Virus record (IMG/VR): IMGVR_UViG_3300044695_003432
Coordinates: 21,133 to 85,132 of that record
Length of the DNA: 64,000 nt
Reading direction: 5' to 3' (one strand)
Origin: a virus
Under the pieces are notes generated by a model. The model worked only from the letters and a program-made list of their open reading frames with translations. It searched no databases and was not told the origin of the DNA. Of the stretch, positions 10,392-19,144 are shown in pieces. Positions within the stretch are counted from its first letter, which is position 1. The number at the start of each line of letters is the position of its first letter. The translations under genes were made by a program, and so were the position numbers.

Positions 10392-10649
10392 TTATCCCTT
10401 GAGCCACGCGCCAATGGCGGCAATGGCCGCACCCGCCGCCGTGGTAATCGCGGTCTTCGACCACGCCTCGCGGCGTTTCTCGCTCTGTTCCAGACGGTCT
10501 ACGCGCATGATGACGCCCTTCTCGGGCGAGCCGTTGCCGGTCAGCATGTGCGTGAGCGACTGCTGCGCGTGCTGGACTTGCTCAAGCCGCTCGTCCAGCC
10601 GGGCCATCCACACGGACAGGTCGCGGTCAGTCGGGCCGTTGTTGGGCAT
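10392..10649 (-). CDS. Small coiled-coil protein with C-terminal hydrophobic helix, holin-like
   Basis: ARLDERLE...GNGSPEKG...RVDRLEQ followed by a hydrophobic C-terminus. Confidence 0.45.
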   Translation of the reverse strand: MPNNGPTDRDLSVWMARLDERLEQVQHAQQSLTHMLTGNGSPEKGVIMRVDRLEQSEKRREAWSKTAITTAAGAAIAAIGAWLKG

Positions 10650-10651
10650 CG

Positions 10652-11257
10652 TCACGCTTTGTCTCCGAGTTTCACCTTGCGCTCGGCACGCCTCCAAGCA
10701 GCGTCGTAATACGGGTTCATCCGCGACGCCAAGATGCGATCGCGTTGGGCGTCTCGGTTGTGTTCGTCGGCCTCGCGGTAAAGCTCGTAGTCACGCTCGG
10801 CAGCGATGCGGGTGGGCTTGGGGATCAGCCACTCCAACCACTTCACGCCCGCGAGGAACACGGCCAGCACCGGCCAGAACTTGATGGCGAGGATCGCGGC
10901 GGCGGCGATAAGTGCCAACAGTGTCAAGTTGCTCAGCAACGTGGCCCACCAAGGTGTCACATCTTTCACCTTGGGTAGAGCGTTCTGGACCTTGCCCGCC
11001 TCAATCTGAATGTCGCGTGCGTTCTGTCCAATCGCCTTGACGTGGCCGGTCGCCTCGGCGTTCTCAGCCACCAGCGGGGCAAGGGCTTCGGCGTGAGCAA
11101 CGATGCCAGCCGCAAGCGTCTGGGTGTTGCCAGCGGCGCGGGCGATGTCCTTGGTGCCGGACGTACAGCCGGAAAGGACCACCAAAGCGATCAGGAACCC
11201 CGCCGCAAGGAGGCCGATGCCCACGCGGATCAAGGCTTGGCGAATGTTCTTGGTCAT
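10652..11257 (-). CDS. Lipoprotein with C-terminal transmembrane segment (spanin-like candidate)
   Basis: Signal peptide with LSGC lipobox, helical middle region, hydrophobic WWATLL...FWPVLAVFL segment. Confidence 0.55.
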   Translation of the reverse strand: MTKNIRQALIRVGIGLLAAGFLIALVVLSGCTSGTKDIARAAGNTQTLAAGIVAHAEALAPLVAENAEATGHVKAIGQNARDIQIEAGKVQNALPKVKDVTPWWATLLSNLTLLALIAAAAILAIKFWPVLAVFLAGVKWLEWLIPKPTRIAAERDYELYREADEHNRDAQRDRILASRMNPYYDAAWRRAERKVKLGDKA

Positions 11258-11290
11258 AAAAAGACGGCACCGTGTTTCCACGATGCCGCC
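11258..11290 (-). terminator. Intrinsic terminator
   Basis: Minus strand GGCGGCATCGTG-GAAA-CACGGTGCCGTC followed by TTTT. Confidence 0.55.
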
Positions 11291-11316
11291 CGCGAAAGGA
11301 GGGAAGGGAACGATGG

Positions 11317-11886
11317 TCAGGTGATAACGGCGGTCAGGTCGCCGCCGTGCGCCCACGTCACAAGCAACCAGCCGGTCACGGCCAGAGCCTTGTTGCCAAC
11401 CGGGTCGTTGGCCGTGGCGACGTTGAGGAACATGTCGGTGGCGGTGCCGGTGCCATTCAGGATTGCCATAGTGCCGAGCCGGGGCGCGAACGTCGCCGTG
11501 ACGTTCATCGCTGTCGCGGTCGATGCGATTACGTCCGCCTCGGTGGATGTCAGCGTTGCGTCAGCCGCAGCGGTCGCCGTGCCGATGGATGACACGAGGC
11601 CCGCGTTTACAAACGCGGCAAGGGTGTAGGTGAGGTTTCCGACCACGTTGAACAGGTTGATGTTGCCCTTGGGAAAGTCAAGAAGTTGGATGCTTCCGCT
11701 TCCGTTGGCCCCGTTGTCGGTCAGGGTGAGGACCGTGCTGTTGAACACCAAGAGCGTTTGCCGCATTACGTCGCTGGCATCGCCGATTGGGTGAACGGTG
11801 ACAAGCGCGGTTGGACACGTCACCCGCGCGTCGGCGACGGTTGGGCGTCCCCGAACAATGGCGGGGAGAACACGGGTTGCTGGCAT
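11317..11886 (-). CDS. Putative capsid decoration / minor virion protein, paralogue of 13572-14150
   Basis: Shared RQT..N...TD.GA.G...QLLD.P.G.I and GT.TA.D.FLN.A...VTG...VTWA motifs. Confidence 0.55.
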   Translation of the reverse strand: MPATRVLPAIVRGRPTVADARVTCPTALVTVHPIGDASDVMRQTLLVFNSTVLTLTDNGANGSGSIQLLDFPKGNINLFNVVGNLTYTLAAFVNAGLVSSIGTATAAADATLTSTEADVIASTATAMNVTATFAPRLGTMAILNGTGTATDMFLNVATANDPVGNKALAVTGWLLVTWAHGGDLTAVIT

Positions 11887-11895
11887 GGATTTTCC

Positions 11896-13524
11896 TTAGT
11901 TTGCGATGCCAGGGGCCGAACCGGACACGGCCTCCGCGAGCGTGACGCACCGATACGTCCCGTCTTTGAGTCTTGGAACAACAGCGTCCGTGACGACCTT
12001 CATAAAGGCTTGCTCTTGCGATCGGTTGGCGTGCCCGTAGAACACCGCCAGCCCGCCGTGGTCGTCCAAAGCGTCCAGAAGACCCTGCGAAACCGTTGTG
12101 TTGTACCCGGTCGCGTGCTGGACTTCGAGGAAGTCGATGTGGTTGGTGGTCGTTGCGTCCTCGGAAGCCGTCGAGGTGTGGGAAATCACGTCAAGCCCGG
12201 CCTCCAACAAATACTCAGACTGCTCCGGCGTCATGTTTCCCTGATGGGTCGCGTAGATGCGGGAACCCTGCTCAAAGCCGTTGTCCTGTAGCCACCACGC
12301 AGCGGGTCGGATGTAGTCGGTCCAGAACTTTTCGGCAGTCAGGGTGCGGCTGTTGATGTAGACGACGCCGCTGTTGATGTCGCCCTCGTATTTCGACCAT
12401 CCGTGATTGCCGATCATGTGCCCCGCCCTCTGCATGGCGAGAAGGTCGGCTTTTGACGCATAGCCGGACGTGCCGACCAGTTGGGGGTGGACGTGGAAGT
12501 TGCCACGGATTCCCCATTTGTCGAACTCCATCGCCGTGTAGATGCAGCCCGCGTAGCCGTCGTCGTCGCGGAAGGCGACGAGTTTGGTGGAGGGCGTCGG
12601 CGTAATGAACTGGAGGCTGTCGAACGTCACGGTACAGGACGTGCCGGTCTTGGAGTTGAGGTAGATGCGAATGAAGTGGACATCGGCGGGGTTGACGGTG
12701 CCAACGGTCGTCGGGTGCAGAACAAGCGTGTTCCAGCCCGGCCCGCACACGGCGGACGAATCGAACTGCTGGAAGTTCGCCATCGTTTTGGTGGCGGTTG
12801 CAAGCGTCGTGTCGTGGAACCCGATGCTGATGTTTTGCACGTTGCCGGACTGCGCCGATTGCTGAGACGGATCAACGTACACACGCAAGATGATGAACGG
12901 CCATTTGCCCGTTCCACCACTCAGGTCAACGGGTCCAGCACCGCCGTTCGACACGCGGTAGTCGTAGCGAATTTCTGCTGTGACGCCGCTCGTGGCAGTC
13001 AATGCGATAGAGAACGGGGCTGTCTCGCCGCTCTGGACCTCGCCTGAGCGACAGTTGACATAATCCTTCACGGCGGTTCCGGTTTCAACCTTGAACCGAT
13101 CCGCCGTGATCGTGGTGCCGTTGGTGGCACCGTAGGTTTCAAACGGGCAGACGTGCGACGTGCGAAGCCCGCCTTTGCGAAGCCCGCGCGGGGTGACGCG
13201 GCCTCGATTCTGGAGAAGCGGGGACACGCGAACGTCGTAGTCGTCTTGCAGGCGGACAGACGCGCGCTCGGCAAGGGTCAACGCCCCGCCCGTGTTGAGA
13301 TTCGTAACGTACACGCGATACTGGTTGAACCGGGGCACAACAAGGATGCCGCTGTTGTAGGCGTAGCCAAGGTTCACGGGCGTGTCGGAATCGTTGTTCC
13401 TTCCGTCAACGCGAACCGTGCCACCTCCGGGGAACACAAAGCGGAGCGGGACCGTTGGCGAGGAATCGGTGTTCTGATACCAGCCGCCGCCGCCAACAGC
13501 CGTGATGTTTTGTGCAAGTATCAT
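11896..13524 (-). CDS. Virion-module protein with C-terminal polysaccharide deacetylase (NodB/CE4-like) domain
   Basis: FRDDDGY, GHMIGNHGW and FYGH motifs; beta-rich N-terminal part; start MILAQ just after a terminator. Confidence 0.7.
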   Translation of the reverse strand: MILAQNITAVGGGGWYQNTDSSPTVPLRFVFPGGGTVRVDGRNNDSDTPVNLGYAYNSGILVVPRFNQYRVYVTNLNTGGALTLAERASVRLQDDYDVRVSPLLQNRGRVTPRGLRKGGLRTSHVCPFETYGATNGTTITADRFKVETGTAVKDYVNCRSGEVQSGETAPFSIALTATSGVTAEIRYDYRVSNGGAGPVDLSGGTGKWPFIILRVYVDPSQQSAQSGNVQNISIGFHDTTLATATKTMANFQQFDSSAVCGPGWNTLVLHPTTVGTVNPADVHFIRIYLNSKTGTSCTVTFDSLQFITPTPSTKLVAFRDDDGYAGCIYTAMEFDKWGIRGNFHVHPQLVGTSGYASKADLLAMQRAGHMIGNHGWSKYEGDINSGVVYINSRTLTAEKFWTDYIRPAAWWLQDNGFEQGSRIYATHQGNMTPEQSEYLLEAGLDVISHTSTASEDATTTNHIDFLEVQHATGYNTTVSQGLLDALDDHGGLAVFYGHANRSQEQAFMKVVTDAVVPRLKDGTYRCVTLAEAVSGSAPGIAN

Positions 13525-13535
13525 GTGTCCCCCAT

Positions 13536-13565
13536 AAAAAACCGCCCCCCGTTTCCGGGAGGCGG
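13536..13565 (-). terminator. Intrinsic terminator (Tphi-like) after capsid and decoration genes
   Basis: Minus strand CCGCCTCCC-GGAAAC-GGGGGGCGG followed by TTTTTT. Confidence 0.75.
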
Positions 13566-13571
13566 ATTGGA

Positions 13572-14150
13572 TTAGTTGTTGCCGAGCAACGCCCACGTCA
13601 CGGTAATGGTGCCCGTGACAGTGATGGTGGTGTTGGCCGTCGCTGCGGTTGCGTCCGCCGCGAAGTTGAGGAACAGGTCTGCTGCGGTAGCGGTGCCGTC
13701 CACAAACGCAACGGCCGTATTCACGCCACCGACCGCACCGGCAGATGCAACGAGGGTCAGCGACGTAGAGGGAAGGACGTTTGCCTGCGTGGAATCAAGC
13801 GTGGTGCCAGTCGTCTCGGCAGCGGTGCCGAGAGAGTGAACAACCGCGCTGGTTGCGCCGATGCCAGCACCAGCCGTCAACGCCGTAAAGTCGGTCACGG
13901 CTCCATAGAACCCAATGTGACCTTCGGGAAGATCGAGAAGCTGGAGTGCGGCAGCACCGCCGCCCGCGCCGTAATCCGTAAACGGAATGACGGCGTTGTT
14001 GAAAGTGAACACCGTCTGACGCAGAACGCCGTTGCCGTACTCCTTCTTGGAGACGCCAAGAGCCTGCGTAGCGGTGGGGATGGTGCCAACGTCGTTCTGA
14101 CCCGGAGGACGAGACGACGCGATGGTGGGGGTTGCAGTTGCAATTGACAT
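13572..14150 (-). CDS. Putative capsid decoration / minor capsid protein
   Basis: 192 aa Ala/Thr-rich ORF right after the capsid gene and before the terminator; AAGGAG RBS. Confidence 0.6.
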   Translation of the reverse strand: MSIATATPTIASSRPPGQNDVGTIPTATQALGVSKKEYGNGVLRQTVFTFNNAVIPFTDYGAGGGAAALQLLDLPEGHIGFYGAVTDFTALTAGAGIGATSAVVHSLGTAAETTGTTLDSTQANVLPSTSLTLVASAGAVGGVNTAVAFVDGTATAADLFLNFAADATAATANTTITVTGTITVTWALLGNN

Positions 14151-14174
14151 GTGTGTTGCTCCTTGTGGGTTGAA

Positions 14175-15215
14175 TTAGGCGTCGGAGTCGTTGACCTCAA
14201 TAACGCCAGCGCACCACGGATGCAACTGACCGGCACCCATGAGAACCTGCGACTTGACGAACACGGTGTTGCGACGCTCATCGGGCTGCATGACCGACTC
14301 GACGCCGCCATGCTGCACGATGCCGACCGGGGCCATGCCGTACTGACCACCAGCCGCGACGATCGCCACGGGGCGACCAACGGCGATGTTGCTGTCAGTG
14401 ACCTCAAACGTGCCCTGGTACTTGCTCGGGCCGGTCGTCACGTTGGCGGACGGGATGCGGTTCTTGGCGACCATCACCTCAAAGCCCGCGATCTTGCCAA
14501 TCAGACGGCTCTGGAGGTTGTTGCCGCTGGCGTTCTGGGCGTACTGCACGTCCCAGATGCCAGTGTCCTTCGCCAGAACGCGACGGATGTACGGGTCGAT
14601 CCACATGTAGCGACCGGCCTCGGGCACGTTGTCGTTGTCCATCGACTCGGCGAGCGTCTGTGCGTCGTCGAGGAAGTTGGCCGCGCCGGTCGAGGACACG
14701 GGGTAAGCCGCCGCAACCGTCTCTTCGTCGCGGGTGACGCGATTGCCGCCGCTGTGAACGGTCAGGCCGTTCTTGCTGACAGCCGCACCGCGAGCCGTGA
14801 GAACAAGCAGGCGGGCGAGGCGGTTGTCGTAGAAGCGGGCGATACGCTCGCCGGTCTTGCGGGCAAGCGGGCCGAGGATGTCGAAGTTGGCAATCCGCAT
14901 CTGGTCGAGCGGAACGTCGTGGTGAGCCACAACGATGCCGTCGATCGTGATGTTGCCCTCGTCAATCTCGAACTGCTGGCCGAGCAGTTCATCGCCGGGA
15001 GTGTGTTCCTCGGGATCGGGCGTATCGGCCATCAGGTAGAACTGGTGGCTGTTGCCCTGGCTGATGATCTTGCGCTGAATGGCGGGGCTGTCGGCGAAGA
15101 TAACCTCATCGCGGAAAGCCTCGACAACGCCCATCTGAAACATTTCCTCGGGCGACAGGGCATACTCGGTGCCTGCCGCGTTGTTGAGGAAACGACTCGG
15201 GTTACTGGAAGACAT
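14175..15215 (-). CDS. Major capsid protein (T7 gp10-like)
   Basis: 346 aa from MSSSNP; ISQGNSHQF, HTPGDEL, ITIDG and VPEAGRY motifs; GAGG RBS. Confidence 0.9.
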   Translation of the reverse strand: MSSSNPSRFLNNAAGTEYALSPEEMFQMGVVEAFRDEVIFADSPAIQRKIISQGNSHQFYLMADTPDPEEHTPGDELLGQQFEIDEGNITIDGIVVAHHDVPLDQMRIANFDILGPLARKTGERIARFYDNRLARLLVLTARGAAVSKNGLTVHSGGNRVTRDEETVAAAYPVSSTGAANFLDDAQTLAESMDNDNVPEAGRYMWIDPYIRRVLAKDTGIWDVQYAQNASGNNLQSRLIGKIAGFEVMVAKNRIPSANVTTGPSKYQGTFEVTDSNIAVGRPVAIVAAGGQYGMAPVGIVQHGGVESVMQPDERRNTVFVKSQVLMGAGQLHPWCAGVIEVNDSDA

Positions 15216-15387
15216 GGATTCACCTCGGGGGTGGAAAGTGGTGGAACGTGCAAACACGCTTCCGGCACTTGCCGCGCGCGAGGTGTCCGTGGGCCTCTTG
15301 CGAGGGTGTCCACAGGCTCGTCTGCTGGCTAACTGTGACCGTGGCGGCGTGACGCTCGCGGCCTATGGCTGTGCGTCACGCGACCTG

Positions 15388-15417
15388 AAAACACGCGGGC
15401 GGCTTTCACCGCCCACG
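15388..15417 (-). terminator. Terminator-like hairpin upstream of the capsid 5' UTR
   Basis: Minus strand CGTGGGCGG-TGAAAG-CCGCCCGCG followed by TGTTTT. Confidence 0.5.
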
Positions 15418-15421
15418 GGTG

Positions 15422-15823
15422 CTACTTCTTGAGACGGGCGGACGCGGCCTGTGCCACGCTCAGCCCGGACGGACCTTCAATCTCGTCCTCGTCGGACTTG
15501 GCCGGAGCCTTGACCGACTTCTTTTCCAACTCAGCGATGCGGGCCTTCGCCTCCGCAAGCTGCGCGGCGAGCGCGACGGCTGCGGCGTCGTTCTCGTGGA
15601 GCGGGCGCGGAGTGTCCTTGGTCTTGGCAATGGCCGCTTCGATCGCCGCGTTGAGTTCTGCGGCGTGCCCGGTCGTCCACTTGAGGCCGGTCTTGCTGTC
15701 AAAGACGATCGCGTACTTACCAGAAACGACGTTGTTCGCCTTGTTCTTGTAAGCACATCCGCCAGAGTGGATTGACGCCGAGTTTTCGGTCATCCACCTT
15801 GCGTACTTGGTCATGGTTGCCAT
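15422..15823 (-). CDS. Hypothetical protein
   Basis: 133 aa ORF with AAGGA RBS between scaffold and capsid genes. Confidence 0.6.
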   Translation of the reverse strand: MATMTKYARWMTENSASIHSGGCAYKNKANNVVSGKYAIVFDSKTGLKWTTGHAAELNAAIEAAIAKTKDTPRPLHENDAAAVALAAQLAEAKARIAELEKKSVKAPAKSDEDEIEGPSGLSVAQAASARLKK

Positions 15824-15832
15824 CGAGATTCC

Positions 15833-16690
15833 TTACGAGAAGCGGCGGGTGATTTCCGCCATGTTTGCCTTGAGCGTGCGCTGTGCGAGAATGTCGCCAG
15901 CCATCGCACGCTTGTTGAGTTCCTTGAGTTCCGCCAAGTCCTTCGGTGGCGCGGTGGAGTGCGACGGCATGGTCCCGATGACGGGCGAACCGCCCACGTT
16001 CTTCTCGTCGTACCGGGCCTTGATGACGCGAACGGCGTCAAGTGCCACCTGCGGGTTGGTGTCGTTGAGTTTCGCGGCGTAGACCGACAACTCGCCCTCG
16101 GGCACGTTGGACTTCGCCCACGTCATAAGGCGGTCGTAGTTCTCCTGCGAGCCGCCCGCGATCTTGAACGCCGCCTGCTTGGTCTGCTCTTGGACCTCAC
16201 GGGCACGCTCGGCCTTGATCTGTGCCGACTCCACCCGCCCAACAAAGATGTCGTTGAGAGCATCCTTGTTGAGCTTGTAGACCTTTCCGTCCTTGCCCTT
16301 GACTTCGATGCTGCCAAAGGCTTTCAGCGAGTCGTCGTCGATGCTCTTGTTCTTGACAAGGTTCTCGCCGAACTTCGCGGTGTCGAGGCCGATCGCCTTG
16401 AACAACCCGTCAATGTCGGTGTCGGCGTACTCGGTCGGCTGCGGGGCGGGAGCGTTACCCGCCAGAGCCTTGTAGAACGTGACCGCCGCGTCCTTGCTGG
16501 CGAAGTAGCCGCCGTCGCCGTAGACGGGTGCGTTGTCCGCCACCTGAACGCCACGGTGCTTGAACAACTCGCGTGCGCCCTGCTGGAACGCCGCCTCGTC
16601 CTTGAACTTCCCCGCGATCAACTCGGGCTGCGGTGGTGCCGCTCCCGGCGTCGGTGCGGCTTGCACCGGCGCGGTTCCTGTCTCTGACAT
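15833..16690 (-). CDS. Capsid assembly scaffolding protein (T7 gp9-like)
   Basis: LIAGKFKD and AGGSQENYDRLMTWAKSN motifs; directly after portal. Confidence 0.85.
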   Translation of the reverse strand: MSETGTAPVQAAPTPGAAPPQPELIAGKFKDEAAFQQGARELFKHRGVQVADNAPVYGDGGYFASKDAAVTFYKALAGNAPAPQPTEYADTDIDGLFKAIGLDTAKFGENLVKNKSIDDDSLKAFGSIEVKGKDGKVYKLNKDALNDIFVGRVESAQIKAERAREVQEQTKQAAFKIAGGSQENYDRLMTWAKSNVPEGELSVYAAKLNDTNPQVALDAVRVIKARYDEKNVGGSPVIGTMPSHSTAPPKDLAELKELNKRAMAGDILAQRTLKANMAEITRRFS

Positions 16691-16700
16691 TCAATTCCTT

Positions 16701-18263
16701 TCAGGCTTGGGGTGCGGCTTGCTGCTGCGCAATGCCACCAGCGGCGCGTGCCGCTTCCTGAATGACTGCCGTTGCCCCGTCCGCCTTCACTTGGTCCGCC
16801 ATCGCTTTGCGAGCCTCTTGCTCCAACTGCGCTGGCGTCTTGATAAGCCCAGGCTCGGCCACCCCCAATGAACGAGCCGCGAGACTGAGAAGCACGTTCT
16901 GATCCAACTGCTTGACCGCCTGCTCGCCCATCGCACCCGCGAGTTGTGCCAACTGCATCGCACCCTCGGCGCGACGCTTCTGGTTGATCGCGGCGATACC
17001 CGTGGTCGATACCACGTCGGCGAACTTCATCTTCTTGGCGTCGAGCAACCCGCTCCGCGTGCCCATGTCGATCGCGGCCCACAGGAGCGGCTTCTGCTGC
17101 TGGTCGTGGATGGTCGAGAACAGGTCGCCAAGCCAACCCTGCAACTGCTCGGCGGTCTGCTTCCATGCCGTGCTGTGACGGCCAGCCTCGCCCTTGGGAG
17201 CGGCGTCGGCGTCAAGGAGCATGGTCTTGGATAGGTCGTCTTGGCACCGCATCCAAACCTGCTGAACAACTTGGAAGTCGGCAAGTTTCTCGACGCCGAG
17301 CATGGCAACGTCTTGCAAGCGACCGCCCTCGACGCGGCCACCGACGATGATCTTGCCCGACTCGATAGCCAAGTCCTCGGGACGGAGCGTGCTGCCGGTG
17401 CCGATGACGGGGTTGAACTTGCTGGCGTGTTCCGCCCAATCCTTCATGCGACCGGCGAAGAACTCGTTGGACTCGAAATCGCCGCCGTGCAGTTCAATCA
17501 GGCCGCGCCCGTAGTGGTCGTTGCCCGCCCGCTTGAAGTCGGTTTGGAAGATGCGGGCCGTTTCGTGCTGAGCCTCGAACACCTGCTTGTCTTGGATTTC
17601 CTGCGTCAGCACCCACGAGTCGTCAGACTGACGCTTGTAGAGCGTGAATACGTCAACGTCCTCGCCTTCCTTGACCTCGATTTGGGCCTGAATGTCAGCG
17701 GGCAGGCGTGCGGGGTTGACGCATTCCTTGATGACGTGGTAGTCAACCTCGCCGTAGGCGTCGCGGCGGGTGCGGTACTGGTCGCGGGAGAACACGCGCT
17801 TGGCGAAGTCCTCATTCCCGCGAAGGCCGATGCCCTCAAGCGTGCTGCCGGTGATAAGCAACTGCGTGAGCGAAATACCTGTCTGGGCGTAGAAGCCGGG
17901 AACGACTTTCCGCTTGCTCTTGACGTGGCTGCTCTCGATCGCCGCCTGAATCTTCACGCCCTCGACGTACAGGGCGTTGACGATAACCGTGTATTCCTCG
18001 GGGCTGATGGAATACTTGCTCTCAGGCTCCACGTCCAACTCGAACCAGCCGTCGCCGGGGAACAGGACGGAGCGGAGTTTGCCGACGCAGTTGGCGATGC
18101 CACGGGCGGCAAGCGAGTTGTTGGGGTTGCGGAGCCGGTCGCCAGCCTGATAGCCCTGCTCCGGCATCACGAACGGCATGGAAATCGACGCCGCCCAACG
18201 CGCCCGATCCAAGACCTCCGACGCATCGCCGGTGCCTTGGTCGAACAGTTTTTGGATGCTCAT
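16701..18263 (-). CDS. Portal / head-tail connector (T7 gp8-like)
   Basis: 520 aa; ARGIANCVGKL, RRDAYG, HYGRG, ADFQVV motifs. Confidence 0.9.
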   Translation of the reverse strand: MSIQKLFDQGTGDASEVLDRARWAASISMPFVMPEQGYQAGDRLRNPNNSLAARGIANCVGKLRSVLFPGDGWFELDVEPESKYSISPEEYTVIVNALYVEGVKIQAAIESSHVKSKRKVVPGFYAQTGISLTQLLITGSTLEGIGLRGNEDFAKRVFSRDQYRTRRDAYGEVDYHVIKECVNPARLPADIQAQIEVKEGEDVDVFTLYKRQSDDSWVLTQEIQDKQVFEAQHETARIFQTDFKRAGNDHYGRGLIELHGGDFESNEFFAGRMKDWAEHASKFNPVIGTGSTLRPEDLAIESGKIIVGGRVEGGRLQDVAMLGVEKLADFQVVQQVWMRCQDDLSKTMLLDADAAPKGEAGRHSTAWKQTAEQLQGWLGDLFSTIHDQQQKPLLWAAIDMGTRSGLLDAKKMKFADVVSTTGIAAINQKRRAEGAMQLAQLAGAMGEQAVKQLDQNVLLSLAARSLGVAEPGLIKTPAQLEQEARKAMADQVKADGATAVIQEAARAAGGIAQQQAAPQA

Positions 18264-18481
18264 GGGATGTACAAGCCGCTACCAGCCGGGGGCACGCCGG
18301 TCGTCGGGATCAGATACGAGTCGATGTTGCGGCGACGGGCGCGGCGTGCAGCGGCCTCGGCCTCGGCCTGCATGTTGGCCTGAGACGATGCGGGGTCCGC
18401 TGACGCCGCGTAGTCCGGCACGTTGGCCTGCGGTGCGTTGACGCCGAATACGCCGTCAACGAGACTTCCAACGGCACTCAT
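18260..18481 (-). CDS. Small virion assembly protein (position of T7 gp7.3)
   Basis: 73 aa, ends SGLYIP, stop overlaps portal start. Confidence 0.55.
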   Translation of the reverse strand: MSAVGSLVDGVFGVNAPQANVPDYAASADPASSQANMQAEAEAAARRARRRNIDSYLIPTTGVPPAGSGLYIP

Positions 18482-18654
18482 CGGGGTTTGTTGTCCTTGG
18501 CGGCGATGATCTCGATGTCCTCAATGACAGAGGAAACACCAAGGTTCATCGCCAGTTTGTGAGAGTCGCGGCAGGCGTCAAGGCTCTGCGGCGGGGCAAG
18601 GCGATCCCGGTAGTGGTTCCGTAACCACTTACACAAGTCGGCGGCTTGCTGCAT
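18478..18654 (-). CDS. Small hypothetical protein
   Basis: Syntenic with phage A 48511-48714; start uncertain. Confidence 0.4.
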   Translation of the reverse strand: MQQAADLCKWLRNHYRDRLAPPQSLDACRDSHKLAMNLGVSSVIEDIEIIAAKDNKPR

Positions 18655-19120
18655 ATTGAGCGGGATGGGATTCGTCGATGACGACTTCGGTTGCGCCTCG
18701 GGCACGAAGGTACTCGTATAAGAGGATGGGCGACAACAAGTTATCGGGCGTGGCGTACCCGCACAGAGCAAGGTACTCCCGACAACGCGACACGCAGTTG
18801 GAGTGACGGACCCGCCCGCCTGACCAGAGGTACGCCAGTCCACGGGCAACGCTTATCGGGCGTTTGTCCAGACTGACATGCTCGGGGTTGAACGATCGCT
18901 CAACGGCAATAGACAGAACGGTCTGTATCATCGGCTGACGGATTGCAGCCTTGAAGGGGATAAGTCGCTCCCCTTTCTCAACCGTGCGTTCGACGATGGT
19001 TTCGTGGTCGCCATAGGCGACGTGAACCAAGTGGCTTCGCGTGGCGAGCGCGGCGATCGCGTTGGCCGGGTGCCATATGGCCCCGGACGCGAAGATAACC
19101 CACGCCTGTTGAACGGTCAC
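18629..19120 (-). CDS. Circularly permuted papain-like (NlpC/P60 superfamily) protein
   Basis: His-before-Cys order: LVHVAY ... SNCVS ... LSPILL. Confidence 0.5.
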   Translation of the reverse strand: MTVQQAWVIFASGAIWHPANAIAALATRSHLVHVAYGDHETIVERTVEKGERLIPFKAAIRQPMIQTVLSIAVERSFNPEHVSLDKRPISVARGLAYLWSGGRVRHSNCVSRCREYLALCGYATPDNLLSPILLYEYLRARGATEVVIDESHPAQYAASRRLV

Positions 19121-19144
19121 TCAATACACGTTTGGTTTATCGGA

